64,000 nt of DNA, from assembly GCA_965205485.1 (NCBI GenBank), contig OZ242180.1, positions 4,736,001 through 4,800,000 on the forward strand, read 5' to 3'. The stretch comes from Candidatus Latescibacterota bacterium (GTDB lineage: Bacteria > Latescibacterota > UBA2968 > GCA-2709665). Within the stretch, counting starts at the first letter, position 1. Each line of letters opens with the position of its first letter. The position numbers and the translations under genes were made by a program. Positions 9,301 to 19,532 of the stretch are shown here, in pieces. Below the pieces are notes generated by a model. That model did not search any database and was not told the DNA's origin. It saw only the letters and a program-made list of their open reading frames with translations.

Positions 9301-11343
9301 TCAGTCTCGGAGAAACCTCAGCCAACGACTCGGGCGCCTCACCCGCCGATTCAGGAACGATTCCAGCCGGTCGCGTTTCAGTACGATCTGGTCCGCTACG
9401 CTGGCGGTATCGTCCAGGATCCAGTCTGGAATATCGCTTTTCATCCGGCTCGATGCCATAATGTCCGCCGCAATGATCACCGTGTCCCCGGTGAGGGTCC
9501 AACTGCCGGATGGCGGCTTGCGTTCGCGACTGTATTTGTCAAAGTGCAGCAGGTTCGCGAGTATGAGGCGAGGCCTTTCAAATGCCCGTTCCTGATACTC
9601 ACTTAAGGTCATCGGAGAACACCAGGCGGGCATTACGACGCCTGGAGGCAGGTTCTCCTGGAAGATACGGCACAGGACAGATGATGACAGCTCAAGTGCG
9701 TCCACTTCATCGCCTTCCCTACCTCCAGACTTGAGCAGTTCATCCATTTCCGATAGCATATGCTTCAGATACGACTGGTAGAGCTCAGTACTCAGCCTTT
9801 CGCGAATAGATGCGACTGACCTCTGGAGTCTTCGCCGGGCCGTGGGATCGTCACCCGGCAAAGACGTCCTCGTATAGATCATGAGACATCGTTTTACGAT
9901 TTCCGGAAGAAAGCTTCGAGCATCGGCATTCATGGAAAGCGCAAAACACGGGTACTCAGAATAGGTGATGGTCTCATCTTTGATAATTTCGGGAGCGTGC
10001 CGGCTGAATCGGTCGCGCGTTACGTCATCGAAGACCACCGGAAATCGCCTATAGGATTCCTGCAACCCACGAAGGTTGCTTCGCGTGAAAAACTGCGTCT
10101 CGACGATTCGGGGATGAGAAAACATCGACGCCATCAGCGTTTCGATCAGGCTGCTCTTTCCACAATTGCTTTGCCCGTAGAGCACCGCGAACATCGGTTG
10201 GTCGAAACTGAAACGACTCCGCCGCAGGGCGGCATTTCGCAAGTCGCACATAAATGGTGAGAAATAGAACCAGCACATGAATGTGAAGTAATCGCGCTGC
10301 AATCGGGCAATATCACCTACAAAGCCATTCTCATAATTGCCGAAGAACTCTAACCAGGCGGCGACGTCACTCCTGACTTGAGACGGGTCGACGTCAAGGC
10401 TGAGTTCCTGGCCTGAGAGCGAGAAAACACCTCCGTTGCATGACAGATACGTCTTTGGTCCCTCATTTTCATGTCTGGTCGTGCGGATTCGCGTCATCTG
10501 CCTGACGATCGACGACGTGAATTTAATTATACCCTTTCTGTCGGGCCGGATGTCGGCCAGGGCCTGCCTGCGGGCCGGCTTGATGTGTTCAACCTGCGTC
10601 AGGACTCGAGGCACACTGTATTCGGGCTCGCCATCCTCTTCGGACGGCACGAAAATCGACACGCCGTTGTTGCTGCTCTCAGCCTCCTTCAGTGCAGGCG
10701 TCTCTTCTATTGGCAAGAGTTCCGCCGGAATGGGCTTTTCGCGCAGTGGTACTCTGCTCGAAGCGATGTCGCGAACCGCGCCATATTGCCGGCGATAATG
10801 GTCCCACGCAACGTCGTCGTTGTCGAACGCGATCAATGTTTCGGCCTGCCGCCCCGAGAACGCCGTCTCCGAAAGGTTGGCCGAGCCAACAACGACCCGA
10901 TGCAGTCCCTCCCGTTCCAGAAGGTAAATCTTCGCGTGCGCGATCGTGTCCTTGACGACAAAAAAACGGGCGGATTCATCCACAGCGCGATCATAGATGA
11001 ATTTCTTCCGTTCTTCGGACAGACCCTTGATACCCACGAAGCCTTTGTTCAGCTTTTCGTCCACGACGGCCTGGAACCCAAGCAGATCGGCAGCGTCACG
11101 AGGCAGAATGCCGCTGTGGCCGAAAATACATTCGAAATCCTCGTAGTCGTAGTCCCTCAGCAGCCTCATAATCATCGGTATGCTCGGCGTATACGTCAGC
11201 GCACGCATCGATGTGAAGCCCCCGAACAGGGAGTCCCTGTGGAATCTCTCCGAGCCGCTGGCGCTCGCGTAGACGACGTCCAGTCCCTCACTTTGCGTGC
11301 GGGCGTGTGGGTCATCGAGAGCGAGGTTTTGTTGGGTTTCCAT
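9301..11343 (-). CDS. PLD-family nuclease domain fused to a P-loop NTPase
   Basis: HAKIYLL...VVVGSANLS (single HxK PLD motif); Walker A GQSNCGKS, Walker B VVFDD, 'LSMN' sensor-like motif. Confidence 0.75.
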   Translation of the reverse strand: METQQNLALDDPHARTQSEGLDVVYASASGSERFHRDSLFGGFTSMRALTYTPSIPMIMRLLRDYDYEDFECIFGHSGILPRDAADLLGFQAVVDEKLNKGFVGIKGLSEERKKFIYDRAVDESARFFVVKDTIAHAKIYLLEREGLHRVVVGSANLSETAFSGRQAETLIAFDNDDVAWDHYRRQYGAVRDIASSRVPLREKPIPAELLPIEETPALKEAESSNNGVSIFVPSEEDGEPEYSVPRVLTQVEHIKPARRQALADIRPDRKGIIKFTSSIVRQMTRIRTTRHENEGPKTYLSCNGGVFSLSGQELSLDVDPSQVRSDVAAWLEFFGNYENGFVGDIARLQRDYFTFMCWFYFSPFMCDLRNAALRRSRFSFDQPMFAVLYGQSNCGKSSLIETLMASMFSHPRIVETQFFTRSNLRGLQESYRRFPVVFDDVTRDRFSRHAPEIIKDETITYSEYPCFALSMNADARSFLPEIVKRCLMIYTRTSLPGDDPTARRRLQRSVASIRERLSTELYQSYLKHMLSEMDELLKSGGREGDEVDALELSSSVLCRIFQENLPPGVVMPAWCSPMTLSEYQERAFERPRLILANLLHFDKYSRERKPPSGSWTLTGDTVIIAADIMASSRMKSDIPDWILDDTASVADQIVLKRDRLESFLNRRVRRPSRWLRFLRD

Positions 11344-11528
11344 TTCTTTAAGTTTTCAGATTAAGTGCTTTGAGAACCTTCATCTCGGTTTGCACGTCTC
11401 GTACGGATACCCGTTCACCACGTAGGGATTGGTGGGTTTTTCTTGGTTTCATTCATGAATCAAGATCAAGTACACCGCACCATTCTTAATAGCGAAATCA
11501 GTCATCGGACAGCCTAATGACGACGGTC

Positions 11529-12122
11529 TTACCTCGTGCAAAAGTAATCGCTCATGGGTTCGTCGTCCACGTAGATCCCAACCACGGTCGCCTTTATCTC
11601 CCTTCCTATATCATTTTTCAAATATATCGACACGACTGGCTCAAGGCTATCTATTGCGAAGCTTTGGTCGGTGTAAAGCTGCAATTGGTTCCTTATAGAA
11701 GGTGGTATAGCAAGCGAGAGAACCTGGTTTTCCAGTGAAATGACATTGATACAATCATCTCGGCTATATTTACCGTCTTTGTGTTTGTCAATAGCGATCG
11801 GTATGGAGAATTCAGCAAATGTGACGAAATTCTTCGAGTAGCACTCCTTAAACTCGGCGTCATTGAAGATGGTTGGAATTTTCGATTTCGTCTCAAGTAG
11901 CGAACTGGAGGGCTTCCTCGTGTCGCTAAAGTCATGGCATGAGGGGATTTCAGCGCGTACAGTGCCGAAAACGAGCGGATCGCCTTCGGTAGTTTCGGAC
12001 CCGCTCACGTCTGGCTTTAGCATACTCATCTTGACAGGGATGTCGATATGAATCTTGCAGCCCGCCACCGACGCCAAGATTGCTGCTGAGAGCACCCCAA
12101 TCATCGCATGTTTGCTCTTCAT
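11529..12122 (-). CDS. Hypothetical lipoprotein, 3' end possibly degraded
   Basis: SD GGAGG, MKSKH start, lipobox VAGC. Coding-like sequence (AITFARGKTVVIRLSD) continues in another frame past the stop. Confidence 0.6.
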   Translation of the reverse strand: MKSKHAMIGVLSAAILASVAGCKIHIDIPVKMSMLKPDVSGSETTEGDPLVFGTVRAEIPSCHDFSDTRKPSSSLLETKSKIPTIFNDAEFKECYSKNFVTFAEFSIPIAIDKHKDGKYSRDDCINVISLENQVLSLAIPPSIRNQLQLYTDQSFAIDSLEPVVSIYLKNDIGREIKATVVGIYVDDEPMSDYFCTR

Positions 12123-12193
12123 CCAAACCTCCCTGGTTCTTCTGTTCAACCCTTGCGAGGAGATGCCTCAGACCTCTAAGACGTGTTGTTGCA

Positions 12194-12364
12194 TCAATGT
12201 GACTGTACAATAGGCCGGTTGAGCGTTCTCAGCATCGAACTTGAACCAAACACCACAAAACCCGCCGTATAAGGGGTATATTCCTCTTTGGCTGCCTTAT
12301 CAACAAAACTGGGGTCTGTTAAGACTTTGCCGTTACCCGTTTCGACCTTGGTGTCCTCGCCCAT
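12194..12364 (-). pseudogene. Truncated copy of the XRE antitoxin gene
   Basis: MGEDTKVETGNGKVLTDPSFVDKAAKEE matches MGEEIKIEEGSGNVFTDLGFGEEEAKEE (65/84 nt identical); homology stops before the HTH. Confidence 0.75.
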
Positions 12365-12626
12365 AGTCTGCCTCCTCCTGCATTTACTATGGATCCCTAC
12401 TTATCAAAGCGAGGCGCCTCTCCAAGATTTGGTCGGCAAAGAGTCCAAGTAGCGTCTAAGGATCCTCTCAGATGCCTCTAACCGAAACTTCCTTTTTTGA
12501 GACTTCTGCGAATCTGATAGAATAGCTACGCAGATCATGTGTGTCTGCTTCAGGTAGAGCTCTGTCCGAAACAAACCACGGCACTACGCAAATGACGGAC
12601 TTATTTCGAAAACAACAACGCCAAAC

Positions 12627-13343
12627 TTAATTTGCTACGAGGTATAGATTCGCTTCTCGTTCGGCCTTTTCCTCGATGTATTGCAACAGAAACTCCCTTG
12701 CACCTTTTCTGCCGACATAACCGTAATGCAAATCATTCCATATCGCGACGACGCGCTTGTATGGTTCATTCCCTCTATAGATGATTAGGACCTCCAAGAG
12801 CGTTGTGCTGATGGTGAAAGCCGCAGCCGATTTATCTTCCTGCCATGCTGCTTCAATCTTGAAATCTATCAGGGGATTCGACGATTCCGACAATGGGACA
12901 TCGTATCGCCTAAGCGTAAGTTCGACTTTTTCTTTCGCACGCTGTTCGGAAAGTAAATCCTTTGCATGTTCGTTTAGAGTGACGAAGACGGCCAAGCTGT
13001 CGATCCCAGAAAAGCACGTCTTTTCGTTAGCAAGTTCTGCCGTCGACTCGGCGACGAGACTTTCCCAGGCCATAACGTAGCGCTGTGGAATTTCTGCAGG
13101 CACTTCGACCTTTTTTACGGACCTTTTTTCCACTACTACGGTATCGACCACCGCGACTGGCTTCACGATCACCTCTTTTACCAATAACGTGTCAACCACT
13201 GCAATTGTGTCCAAGACAATGACCGTGTCGATTCGAGCATCAACCGATTCGGATTGATCTTTTCGTTCTTGTCCAGAAGGTCGGCAACTGACCACAACTA
13301 GAAGAAAAGTAGCGAATGACGTCAAGAATGCGATTGATCTCAC
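12627..13343 (-). CDS. Hypothetical lipoprotein with VDT-rich linker
   Basis: Probable GTG start at 13343, hydrophobic stretch ending in VVSC, repeated DT.VV units, globular C-terminal domain. Confidence 0.6.
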   Translation of the reverse strand: MRSIAFLTSFATFLLVVVSCRPSGQERKDQSESVDARIDTVIVLDTIAVVDTLLVKEVIVKPVAVVDTVVVEKRSVKKVEVPAEIPQRYVMAWESLVAESTAELANEKTCFSGIDSLAVFVTLNEHAKDLLSEQRAKEKVELTLRRYDVPLSESSNPLIDFKIEAAWQEDKSAAAFTISTTLLEVLIIYRGNEPYKRVVAIWNDLHYGYVGRKGAREFLLQYIEEKAEREANLYLVAN

Positions 13344-13697
13344 GTGCAGGAGTATTGGCCACCGTCGGCCCTTATCTGGCTGCCTCCATTCGTGGTCACT
13401 AACCAAATGCGCACACCAAGAGCCGCTAAAACCTGTGCAGTTCCGCATCGCGCGAATCATTAGCTAGCGTGGCTTGGCTTTGCTCATCCGCAACCAGATG
13501 GGTGACAGAGAACGCGGGCGCACGCGTGATGAACAAATCACTCCCCCTTGAGCGGGAGTAGCAAAATCCGATCCGGCTCCTGGGCTGTCGACGAGCCAGC
13601 AACGGCGGATACGGCGCGTGGGCTACAACATCATACCGTATGCAAGCAGCACTATCAAACATGAACGCATCTTGCGTAGACGCCTTACTGTAAGAAT

Positions 13698-14024
13698 CTA
13701 AACCGCAATGACTTTCGTGGCGCGTTGGTTCCCAGGCCAATTGATATGGATGCTCACCTCGCAATTCAGGCGCTCGAGGAATCGCATCAGCCTTTCGACG
13801 CTGTAATTCGAAAACTTGCCGCGCTTGAGCCTGGAGATCTCAGGTTGCTTCACGCCCATAATCCTTGCGGCCTTCGTCTGAGTCAGCCGCCGATGTTTGA
13901 GAATCCGGAAGATTTCCGCACCGAGTTCCGCTTTGAGCAGTTCCTCCTTGGCTTCCTCTTCACCAAAGCCGAGGTCTGTAAAGACGTTGCCGCTGCCCTC
14001 TTCGATTTTAATCTCCTCGCCCAT
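13698..14024 (-). CDS. XRE/HigA-like HTH antitoxin (orphan)
   Basis: 'GSGNVFTDLG' N-terminus, HTH 'LTQTKAARIMGVKQPEISRL', 'YSVERL..FL..L'. Confidence 0.88.
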   Translation of the reverse strand: MGEEIKIEEGSGNVFTDLGFGEEEAKEELLKAELGAEIFRILKHRRLTQTKAARIMGVKQPEISRLKRGKFSNYSVERLMRFLERLNCEVSIHINWPGNQRATKVIAV

Positions 14025-14050
14025 GGTCTTCACTCTCCTGTTTCGTCAAA

Positions 14051-15151
14051 TCAACGCGCCAGCCAGGCGCTGAAGCGCTCGTTCATCTCGTCCAGGTGAT
14101 CGCTCCACCATTCCCAGTTGTTGTGCAGGGCGCGCTTCACGTTCTGAGGGCTGGTGGGCATGTGCGGGTTCATATCCACGCCCTTTTCGGCATGCGTCGA
14201 AATCAGCGCCATTGCCGAACGGCGCGTCGGACTGTATGAGATGTACCGGCCCACACCGGCGATGGCCCGCGCGCTTGTGGCGAAGTTGACGAACTTCCTC
14301 GCCGCTTCGAGGTTGGGCGTGCCCGCGACAATGCCCAGTCCGCCGGTATCGAGAACCTGACCGTCCCACACCACGACAAAGGGCTGGTCTTCCAGCACCT
14401 GCGCGTTGAAGATGCGACCGTTGTAGGCCGTACTCATAACGACCTCTCCGTCCGCCAGCATTTGCGGCGGCTGCGCCCCCGCCTCCCACCATACGATGTG
14501 CTCCTTGATCGTGTCCAGCTTCCGGAACGCGCGTTCCACGCCCGCGGGCGTGTCGAGCGCGGCGTAGACGGAGTCGATGGGTACGCCGTCGGCCATCAAC
14601 GCGAACTCCAGGTTCACCAGTGGAGATCGGCGCATGCCTCGGCGCCCCGGGAACTTCACCAGATCGAAAAAGTCTGCGATCGTGGCCGGTTTATCTCCCT
14701 TTATGTTGTCGTTGTTGTAAGCGTAGATTGTCGAGTAGAAGATCGTTGCAGGCCCGCAGTCAGTCAGCGTGCCGGGGACGAAGTCCTCCGCGGCGGGCGT
14801 ACCGTCCGCCCCCGCGGGGAGGGAACCCACGGCAATCGGTTCAAGCAGACCCTCATCGCAGCCGCGCACCAGGTCCGGAATCTCCAGGTCCACAACGTCC
14901 CAGTAGACGTTGCCCACGTCCACCTGCGCACGAATCTGCGCCAGGCCGCCGTTGTAGTCTTCCAGGTTAATCGCAATGCCCGTTTCGGCGGTGAATGTCT
15001 CGTGGTACCCATTGACGCACGCGCGGGCATAGGACCCGCCCCAGGAAACAACCGTCAATGGACGGTCATCGGCGGCGGCTCCGCCGGCGGTCAAAAAGGA
15101 CAGTCCTGCCAGCGACGCGATGCGAACGACCTTGCTTAATACGTCCTTCAT
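14051..15151 (-). CDS. ABC substrate-binding protein, PotD/PotF-like (paralog 2)
   Basis: Signal peptide; 'LTVVSWGGSY', 'WDVVD', 'FFDL.KFPGRR', 'AYNGR'. Confidence 0.9.
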   Translation of the reverse strand: MKDVLSKVVRIASLAGLSFLTAGGAAADDRPLTVVSWGGSYARACVNGYHETFTAETGIAINLEDYNGGLAQIRAQVDVGNVYWDVVDLEIPDLVRGCDEGLLEPIAVGSLPAGADGTPAAEDFVPGTLTDCGPATIFYSTIYAYNNDNIKGDKPATIADFFDLVKFPGRRGMRRSPLVNLEFALMADGVPIDSVYAALDTPAGVERAFRKLDTIKEHIVWWEAGAQPPQMLADGEVVMSTAYNGRIFNAQVLEDQPFVVVWDGQVLDTGGLGIVAGTPNLEAARKFVNFATSARAIAGVGRYISYSPTRRSAMALISTHAEKGVDMNPHMPTSPQNVKRALHNNWEWWSDHLDEMNERFSAWLAR

Positions 15152-15212
15152 AATGATTCCTCCTCGTCATCCGTTCCGACAATCTGCAGCCGGTCGTGAG
15201 TAACCGGCTGGT

Positions 15213-16313
15213 TCAGCGCGCCAGCCACGCGCTGAAACGCTCGTTCATCTCGTCAAGGTGATCGCTCCACCACGCCCAGTCGCTGCGCAGGGCGCGTTTC
15301 ACGTTCTCAGGGCTGGTGGGCATGTGCGGAATCATGTCCACGCCCTTCTCGGCGTGCGTCGCGATCAGCGCCATCGCCGAACGGCGCGTCGGACTGTATG
15401 CAATGTACCGGCCGACACCGGCCAGGGACTCCGCACTCGTGGCAAACCTGACGAACTTTCGCGCGGCTTCCAGGTTGCGCGTGCCGGCAACGACACCCAG
15501 CCCCGCCGTGTAGTAGACCTGGCTGTCCCACACCACCACAAAGGGCTGGTTTTCGAGCACCTGTGCATTGAAAATGCGCCCGTTATAGGCCGTGGTCATC
15601 GCCACCTCCCCGTCGGCCAGCATTTGCGGTGGCTGCGCCCCGGCCTCCCACCACACAATGTATTCCTTGATCGTATCCAGTTTTCGGAAGGCGCGGTCCA
15701 CGCCGGCGGGCGTGTCGAGCGCGGCGTATACCGAATCGATCGGCACCCCGTCGGCCATCAGCGCGAATTCCATATTCACCTGCGGCGAGCGACGCATGCC
15801 GCGACGGCCCGGAAACGTCTCCAGATCGAAGAAGTCGGCGATAGATTCCGGTTTCTCGCCCTGGAAATGTTTCCAGTTGTACGCAAAAATCGTGGAACCG
15901 AACAACGACGTCGGCCCGCAGTCCGTTATCGTTCCGGGCAGAAAGTCCTCCGCAGAGGGCGTACCGTCGGCGCCTGCCGGGAAGGATTCCACGTCCACGG
16001 GTACGAGCAGGCCCTCGTCGCATCCGGCCACGAGGTCGGCAATCTCCAAGTCCACCACGTCCCAGAAAACATTGCCCACGTCCACCTGAGCGCGTACCTG
16101 CGCCAGACCGCCATTGTAGTCTTCCAGATTGATCGGGATACCCGTCTGCGCGGTGAACCGCTCGTGGTAGCCCTTGACACACGCTCGCGCGTAGGATCCG
16201 CCCCATGAAACGACGGTTAGCGGCCGGTCGTCGGCGCCGGAGGGGATCGCAATCGTCAGAGACAATATAACCGCATACGCGACCGGCAGTATGATCTTGC
16301 CGACGTCGTTCAT
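15213..16313 (-). CDS. ABC substrate-binding protein, PotD/PotF-like (paralog 1)
   Basis: Same motifs and same length (366 aa) as the neighbouring paralog. Confidence 0.9.
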   Translation of the reverse strand: MNDVGKIILPVAYAVILSLTIAIPSGADDRPLTVVSWGGSYARACVKGYHERFTAQTGIPINLEDYNGGLAQVRAQVDVGNVFWDVVDLEIADLVAGCDEGLLVPVDVESFPAGADGTPSAEDFLPGTITDCGPTSLFGSTIFAYNWKHFQGEKPESIADFFDLETFPGRRGMRRSPQVNMEFALMADGVPIDSVYAALDTPAGVDRAFRKLDTIKEYIVWWEAGAQPPQMLADGEVAMTTAYNGRIFNAQVLENQPFVVVWDSQVYYTAGLGVVAGTRNLEAARKFVRFATSAESLAGVGRYIAYSPTRRSAMALIATHAEKGVDMIPHMPTSPENVKRALRSDWAWWSDHLDEMNERFSAWLAR

Positions 16314-17440
16314 GTCGCTTCCGCCTCGTCATCGGGGTCCAGCACCCGGCAGTCGGTGGGCGTCCAACCGATCCGGACCTCGTCTCCCACGAGCATCGCG
16401 CCGTGCCCTACGATGTTCGGAATCTTCGCGATGAAGTCCGAACGGCCGCAGACGTTCACGCGAACCCGCAGATGGTCGCCCAGAAAGGTGATGTCCTCGA
16501 TTCTTGCGTCGAGTTCGTTTGTGTACAGGCCGGGATCGGGCGAGATGGCAACCCGCTCGGGGCGGATCGAAAGCGTGGTGGCGTCACCCGGACCGCATGG
16601 CGCGACGCGCAGGGCGCTGACGGTCTGACCGCCCGTCTCGACTTCGCAGATGTCACCGTCGACGCTCCTCACGCGGCCGTGAAGACGGTTGTTCTCCCCG
16701 ATAAAGCGGGCGACGAACGAGCGTTCCGGCTCTTCGTAGAGGACCTCCGGTTCGGCAACCTGCTGGACGTCGCCTCCTCGAAGCACGGCGATCCGGTCCG
16801 ACATAACCATCGCCTCCTCCTGGTCGTGGGTCACGTACACCACGGTAACTCCCAGGCTCTTGTGGATACGCCGGATTTCGTACTGCATCTCTTCCCTCAG
16901 ACGCCTGTCCAGCGCGCCCAACGGCTCGTCCATCAGCACCAGGTCGGGCTCGAAGACCAGGGCCCGCGCGATCGCGACCCGCTGCTGCTGGCCCCCGGAA
17001 AGCTGCGACGGCTTCCGATCTTCAAGGCCGTCGAGACGGACCAGTTCCAGGGCGCGCGACACGCGTTCGCGGCATTCCTCCCCGTCCAGCCCGCGCACCT
17101 CCAGTGGAAAGGCGAGGTTGCGGCCAACCGTCATATGGGGAAAGAGCGCGTAATTCTGAAAGACCATCCCGATCCCGCGTTTGCGCGGCGGCAACTCGTG
17201 CACGGAACGACCGTTGATTCGTATCGCGCCCGAAGAGGGCGTTTCGAACCCCGCGAGCATCATGAGACACGTGGTCTTGCCCGACCCGGAGGGCCCGAGC
17301 ATCGTGAGGAATTCACCCTTCCGGACGTTGAGGTCGAGATCGTCGACGACAAGGGTGCGGCCGTCGAAGCTCTTGCTGACACCCTCGAACTCGACGTGCG
17401 CCGTCTCGTTTGCGTGCATTGGGGCGGCCTCTGGATCCAT
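16310..17440 (-). CDS. ABC ATP-binding protein, PotA-like
   Basis: GPSGSGKTT, 'MVFQNYALFPHM', LSGGQQQR, 'LMDEPLGALD', C-terminal TOBE region. Confidence 0.95.
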   Translation of the reverse strand: MDPEAAPMHANETAHVEFEGVSKSFDGRTLVVDDLDLNVRKGEFLTMLGPSGSGKTTCLMMLAGFETPSSGAIRINGRSVHELPPRKRGIGMVFQNYALFPHMTVGRNLAFPLEVRGLDGEECRERVSRALELVRLDGLEDRKPSQLSGGQQQRVAIARALVFEPDLVLMDEPLGALDRRLREEMQYEIRRIHKSLGVTVVYVTHDQEEAMVMSDRIAVLRGGDVQQVAEPEVLYEEPERSFVARFIGENNRLHGRVRSVDGDICEVETGGQTVSALRVAPCGPGDATTLSIRPERVAISPDPGLYTNELDARIEDITFLGDHLRVRVNVCGRSDFIAKIPNIVGHGAMLVGDEVRIGWTPTDCRVLDPDDEAEAT

Positions 17441-17491
17441 TTGCTTTCTGATTGGTGTGTTGTTGGCGCAGAATTGCCGATGCGCCGCGGC

Positions 17492-18316
17492 CTATCTCGA
17501 GGTGGAACGCCTTCGCATCCACTCAACGGCGAAGAGCAGCAGAACGGCGAAGACAATCAGAAACGTCGCCACCGCAAGGATGGTCGGGCTGATCTGCTCC
17601 CGGATGCCGGCCCACATCTGGCGCGGAATCGTACGCTGTTCGATCGCGGCCATGAATAGCACCACGACCACTTCATCGAAAGACGTGGCGAAGGCGAATA
17701 GCGCCCCCGAGATCACGCCGGGCGCGATCAGCGGGAGTTGAACGCGACGAAAGGTCCGCACGGGCCCCGCGCCGAGACTGGCGGCCGCGCGCGTCAGGTT
17801 GGTGTCGAAGGCGGACAGCGTTGCGGTCACCGTGATCACGACAAACGGGGTTCCCAGCGCCGCGTGCGCCAGAATCAGGCCCAGATGCGTCTGCGCCAGC
17901 CCCAGGTTCGAGTAGAAGAAGAACATGCCCGCCGCCGCGATGATCACCGGCGTCACCATGGGAGAAATGAGCAGTCCCATCGCAAGGCGCCGGCCGGGCA
18001 TGGCCGGGCTGGAAAGGCCCATCGCCGCGAGCGTACCCAGGCCGGTCGCCAGGACCGTGGAGGCGACCCCGATAATCAGGCTGTTGAGAAGCGCGCGCGT
18101 CCATACCTCGTTCTCGACGATCTGCCGATACCAGCGCAGCGAAAAGGCTTCGGCATCCAGACGCAGCATGCCCTCGGTAAAGGTGAAGTAGGGCTCCGCG
18201 TTGAAGCTCAGGGGTACGATCACCAGAATCGGTGCGATGAGAAACAGAAAGACCGCGGCACAGAAGCCAACGTAAAGACTACGTCCCACGCGTTCCCGCG
18301 TCCCGACGAACGCCAT
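17492..18316 (-). CDS. ABC permease, PotC-like
   Basis: 'FSLRWY', EAA-like loop 'AAASLGAGP', 'FATSFDE'. Confidence 0.92.
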   Translation of the reverse strand: MAFVGTRERVGRSLYVGFCAAVFLFLIAPILVIVPLSFNAEPYFTFTEGMLRLDAEAFSLRWYRQIVENEVWTRALLNSLIIGVASTVLATGLGTLAAMGLSSPAMPGRRLAMGLLISPMVTPVIIAAAGMFFFYSNLGLAQTHLGLILAHAALGTPFVVITVTATLSAFDTNLTRAAASLGAGPVRTFRRVQLPLIAPGVISGALFAFATSFDEVVVVLFMAAIEQRTIPRQMWAGIREQISPTILAVATFLIVFAVLLLFAVEWMRRRSTSR

Positions 18317-18317
18317 C

Positions 18318-19532
18318 TCAGCCCAACCTCATCCGCTCGATTCCCACCATGCGGTCGTAGAGCACATACAGCGCGCCTACGCATGCCAGCAGGATGCCGC
18401 CCAGCGCCGCGGCGAGACCCCAGTTGAGCGAAGTCTGCATATGGAAGGCAATCATGTTTGATATGAGCTGGCCGCTGCTTCCACCAACAAGCGCGGGGGT
18501 AATATAGTAACCGATCGCGAGGATGAATACCAGGAGGGATCCCGCGCTTACGCCCGGAAGGGTCTGCGGCCAGTACACGCGCAAGAAAGCCTGAAAGGGA
18601 CTTGCGCCAAGGGAGGCCGCGGCACTCATCTGAATGGGCGGGATGGCGCGCATGATCGAATAAAGCGGGAGAATCATGAACGGAAGCAGCACGTGCGTCA
18701 TCGCCACCAGAGTTCCGGTCATGTTGTAGATCATTGCCAGACGCCCGTCATCGCCGATCAGACCCGCAGCCACGAGCAGGTCGTTGAGAACGCCCTGCGT
18801 CTGCAGCAGCACGATCCAGGAGGTGGTTCGCACCAGCAGCGACGTCCAGAACGGGATCAGTACGAGAATCAGCAGCAGATTGCCGACACGCGGGGGTGTA
18901 TGCGCGATCAGGTGAGCAATCGGATAGCCAAGCAGCAGACAAAGCGCCGTGATGGTCAGGCTCACCCAGAGGGTCCGCCACAGCAACGGGAGGTAGATGC
19001 GGCGTTCTTCGGGCTGGCGGGCGATGGCGCCGCCAGGCAGGCTCTGAAGGTCGACGGCGTTCAGATAGTGACGTGAGGTGTATCGCTCCCCGGCGCTTCG
19101 GATTGCGTGCCAGGTTCGGGCATCGCCCCAGTCGGAGTCGATGCCGATCATCGCGTCTCGCCATGGTCCGCTGTCCACGCGCCGGAGCCGCCGCGCGCTC
19201 TTCGTCAACACGCTTCGCAGCCCGCCCTGGACCCGGTTCACGCGGCTGGCAATCTGCCCGAGGGTCCGACTCTCGCGTGCCTTCACGAGTTCGCGGGCGG
19301 CGGATGCGTAGACCGCCTCCGAGGGAGCGCCCCTGCCGTCCCAGTAGCTCAGCAGTTCGAGTGTACGCGGCATCGCGTCGGCGACCACGGGATCGTAAAC
19401 GCTTCGCACGAGCATGGTCCCTAGCGGGGCCGCAAAGGTGAAGCCGACAAAGGCCATCAGCGGCAGCACCAGCCCCGCCGCACGCAGCTTCGGACGGAGA
19501 TTCGGATTACTGATATTCAGGTTTGATCCCAT
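18318..19532 (-). CDS. ABC permease, PotB-like (start uncertain, 19532-19625)
   Basis: 'LLLGYPIAH', 'PFWTSLLVRT', 'LPFMILPLY', 'GYYITPALVGG'. Confidence 0.9.
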   Translation of the reverse strand: MGSNLNISNPNLRPKLRAAGLVLPLMAFVGFTFAAPLGTMLVRSVYDPVVADAMPRTLELLSYWDGRGAPSEAVYASAARELVKARESRTLGQIASRVNRVQGGLRSVLTKSARRLRRVDSGPWRDAMIGIDSDWGDARTWHAIRSAGERYTSRHYLNAVDLQSLPGGAIARQPEERRIYLPLLWRTLWVSLTITALCLLLGYPIAHLIAHTPPRVGNLLLILVLIPFWTSLLVRTTSWIVLLQTQGVLNDLLVAAGLIGDDGRLAMIYNMTGTLVAMTHVLLPFMILPLYSIMRAIPPIQMSAAASLGASPFQAFLRVYWPQTLPGVSAGSLLVFILAIGYYITPALVGGSSGQLISNMIAFHMQTSLNWGLAAALGGILLACVGALYVLYDRMVGIERMRLG

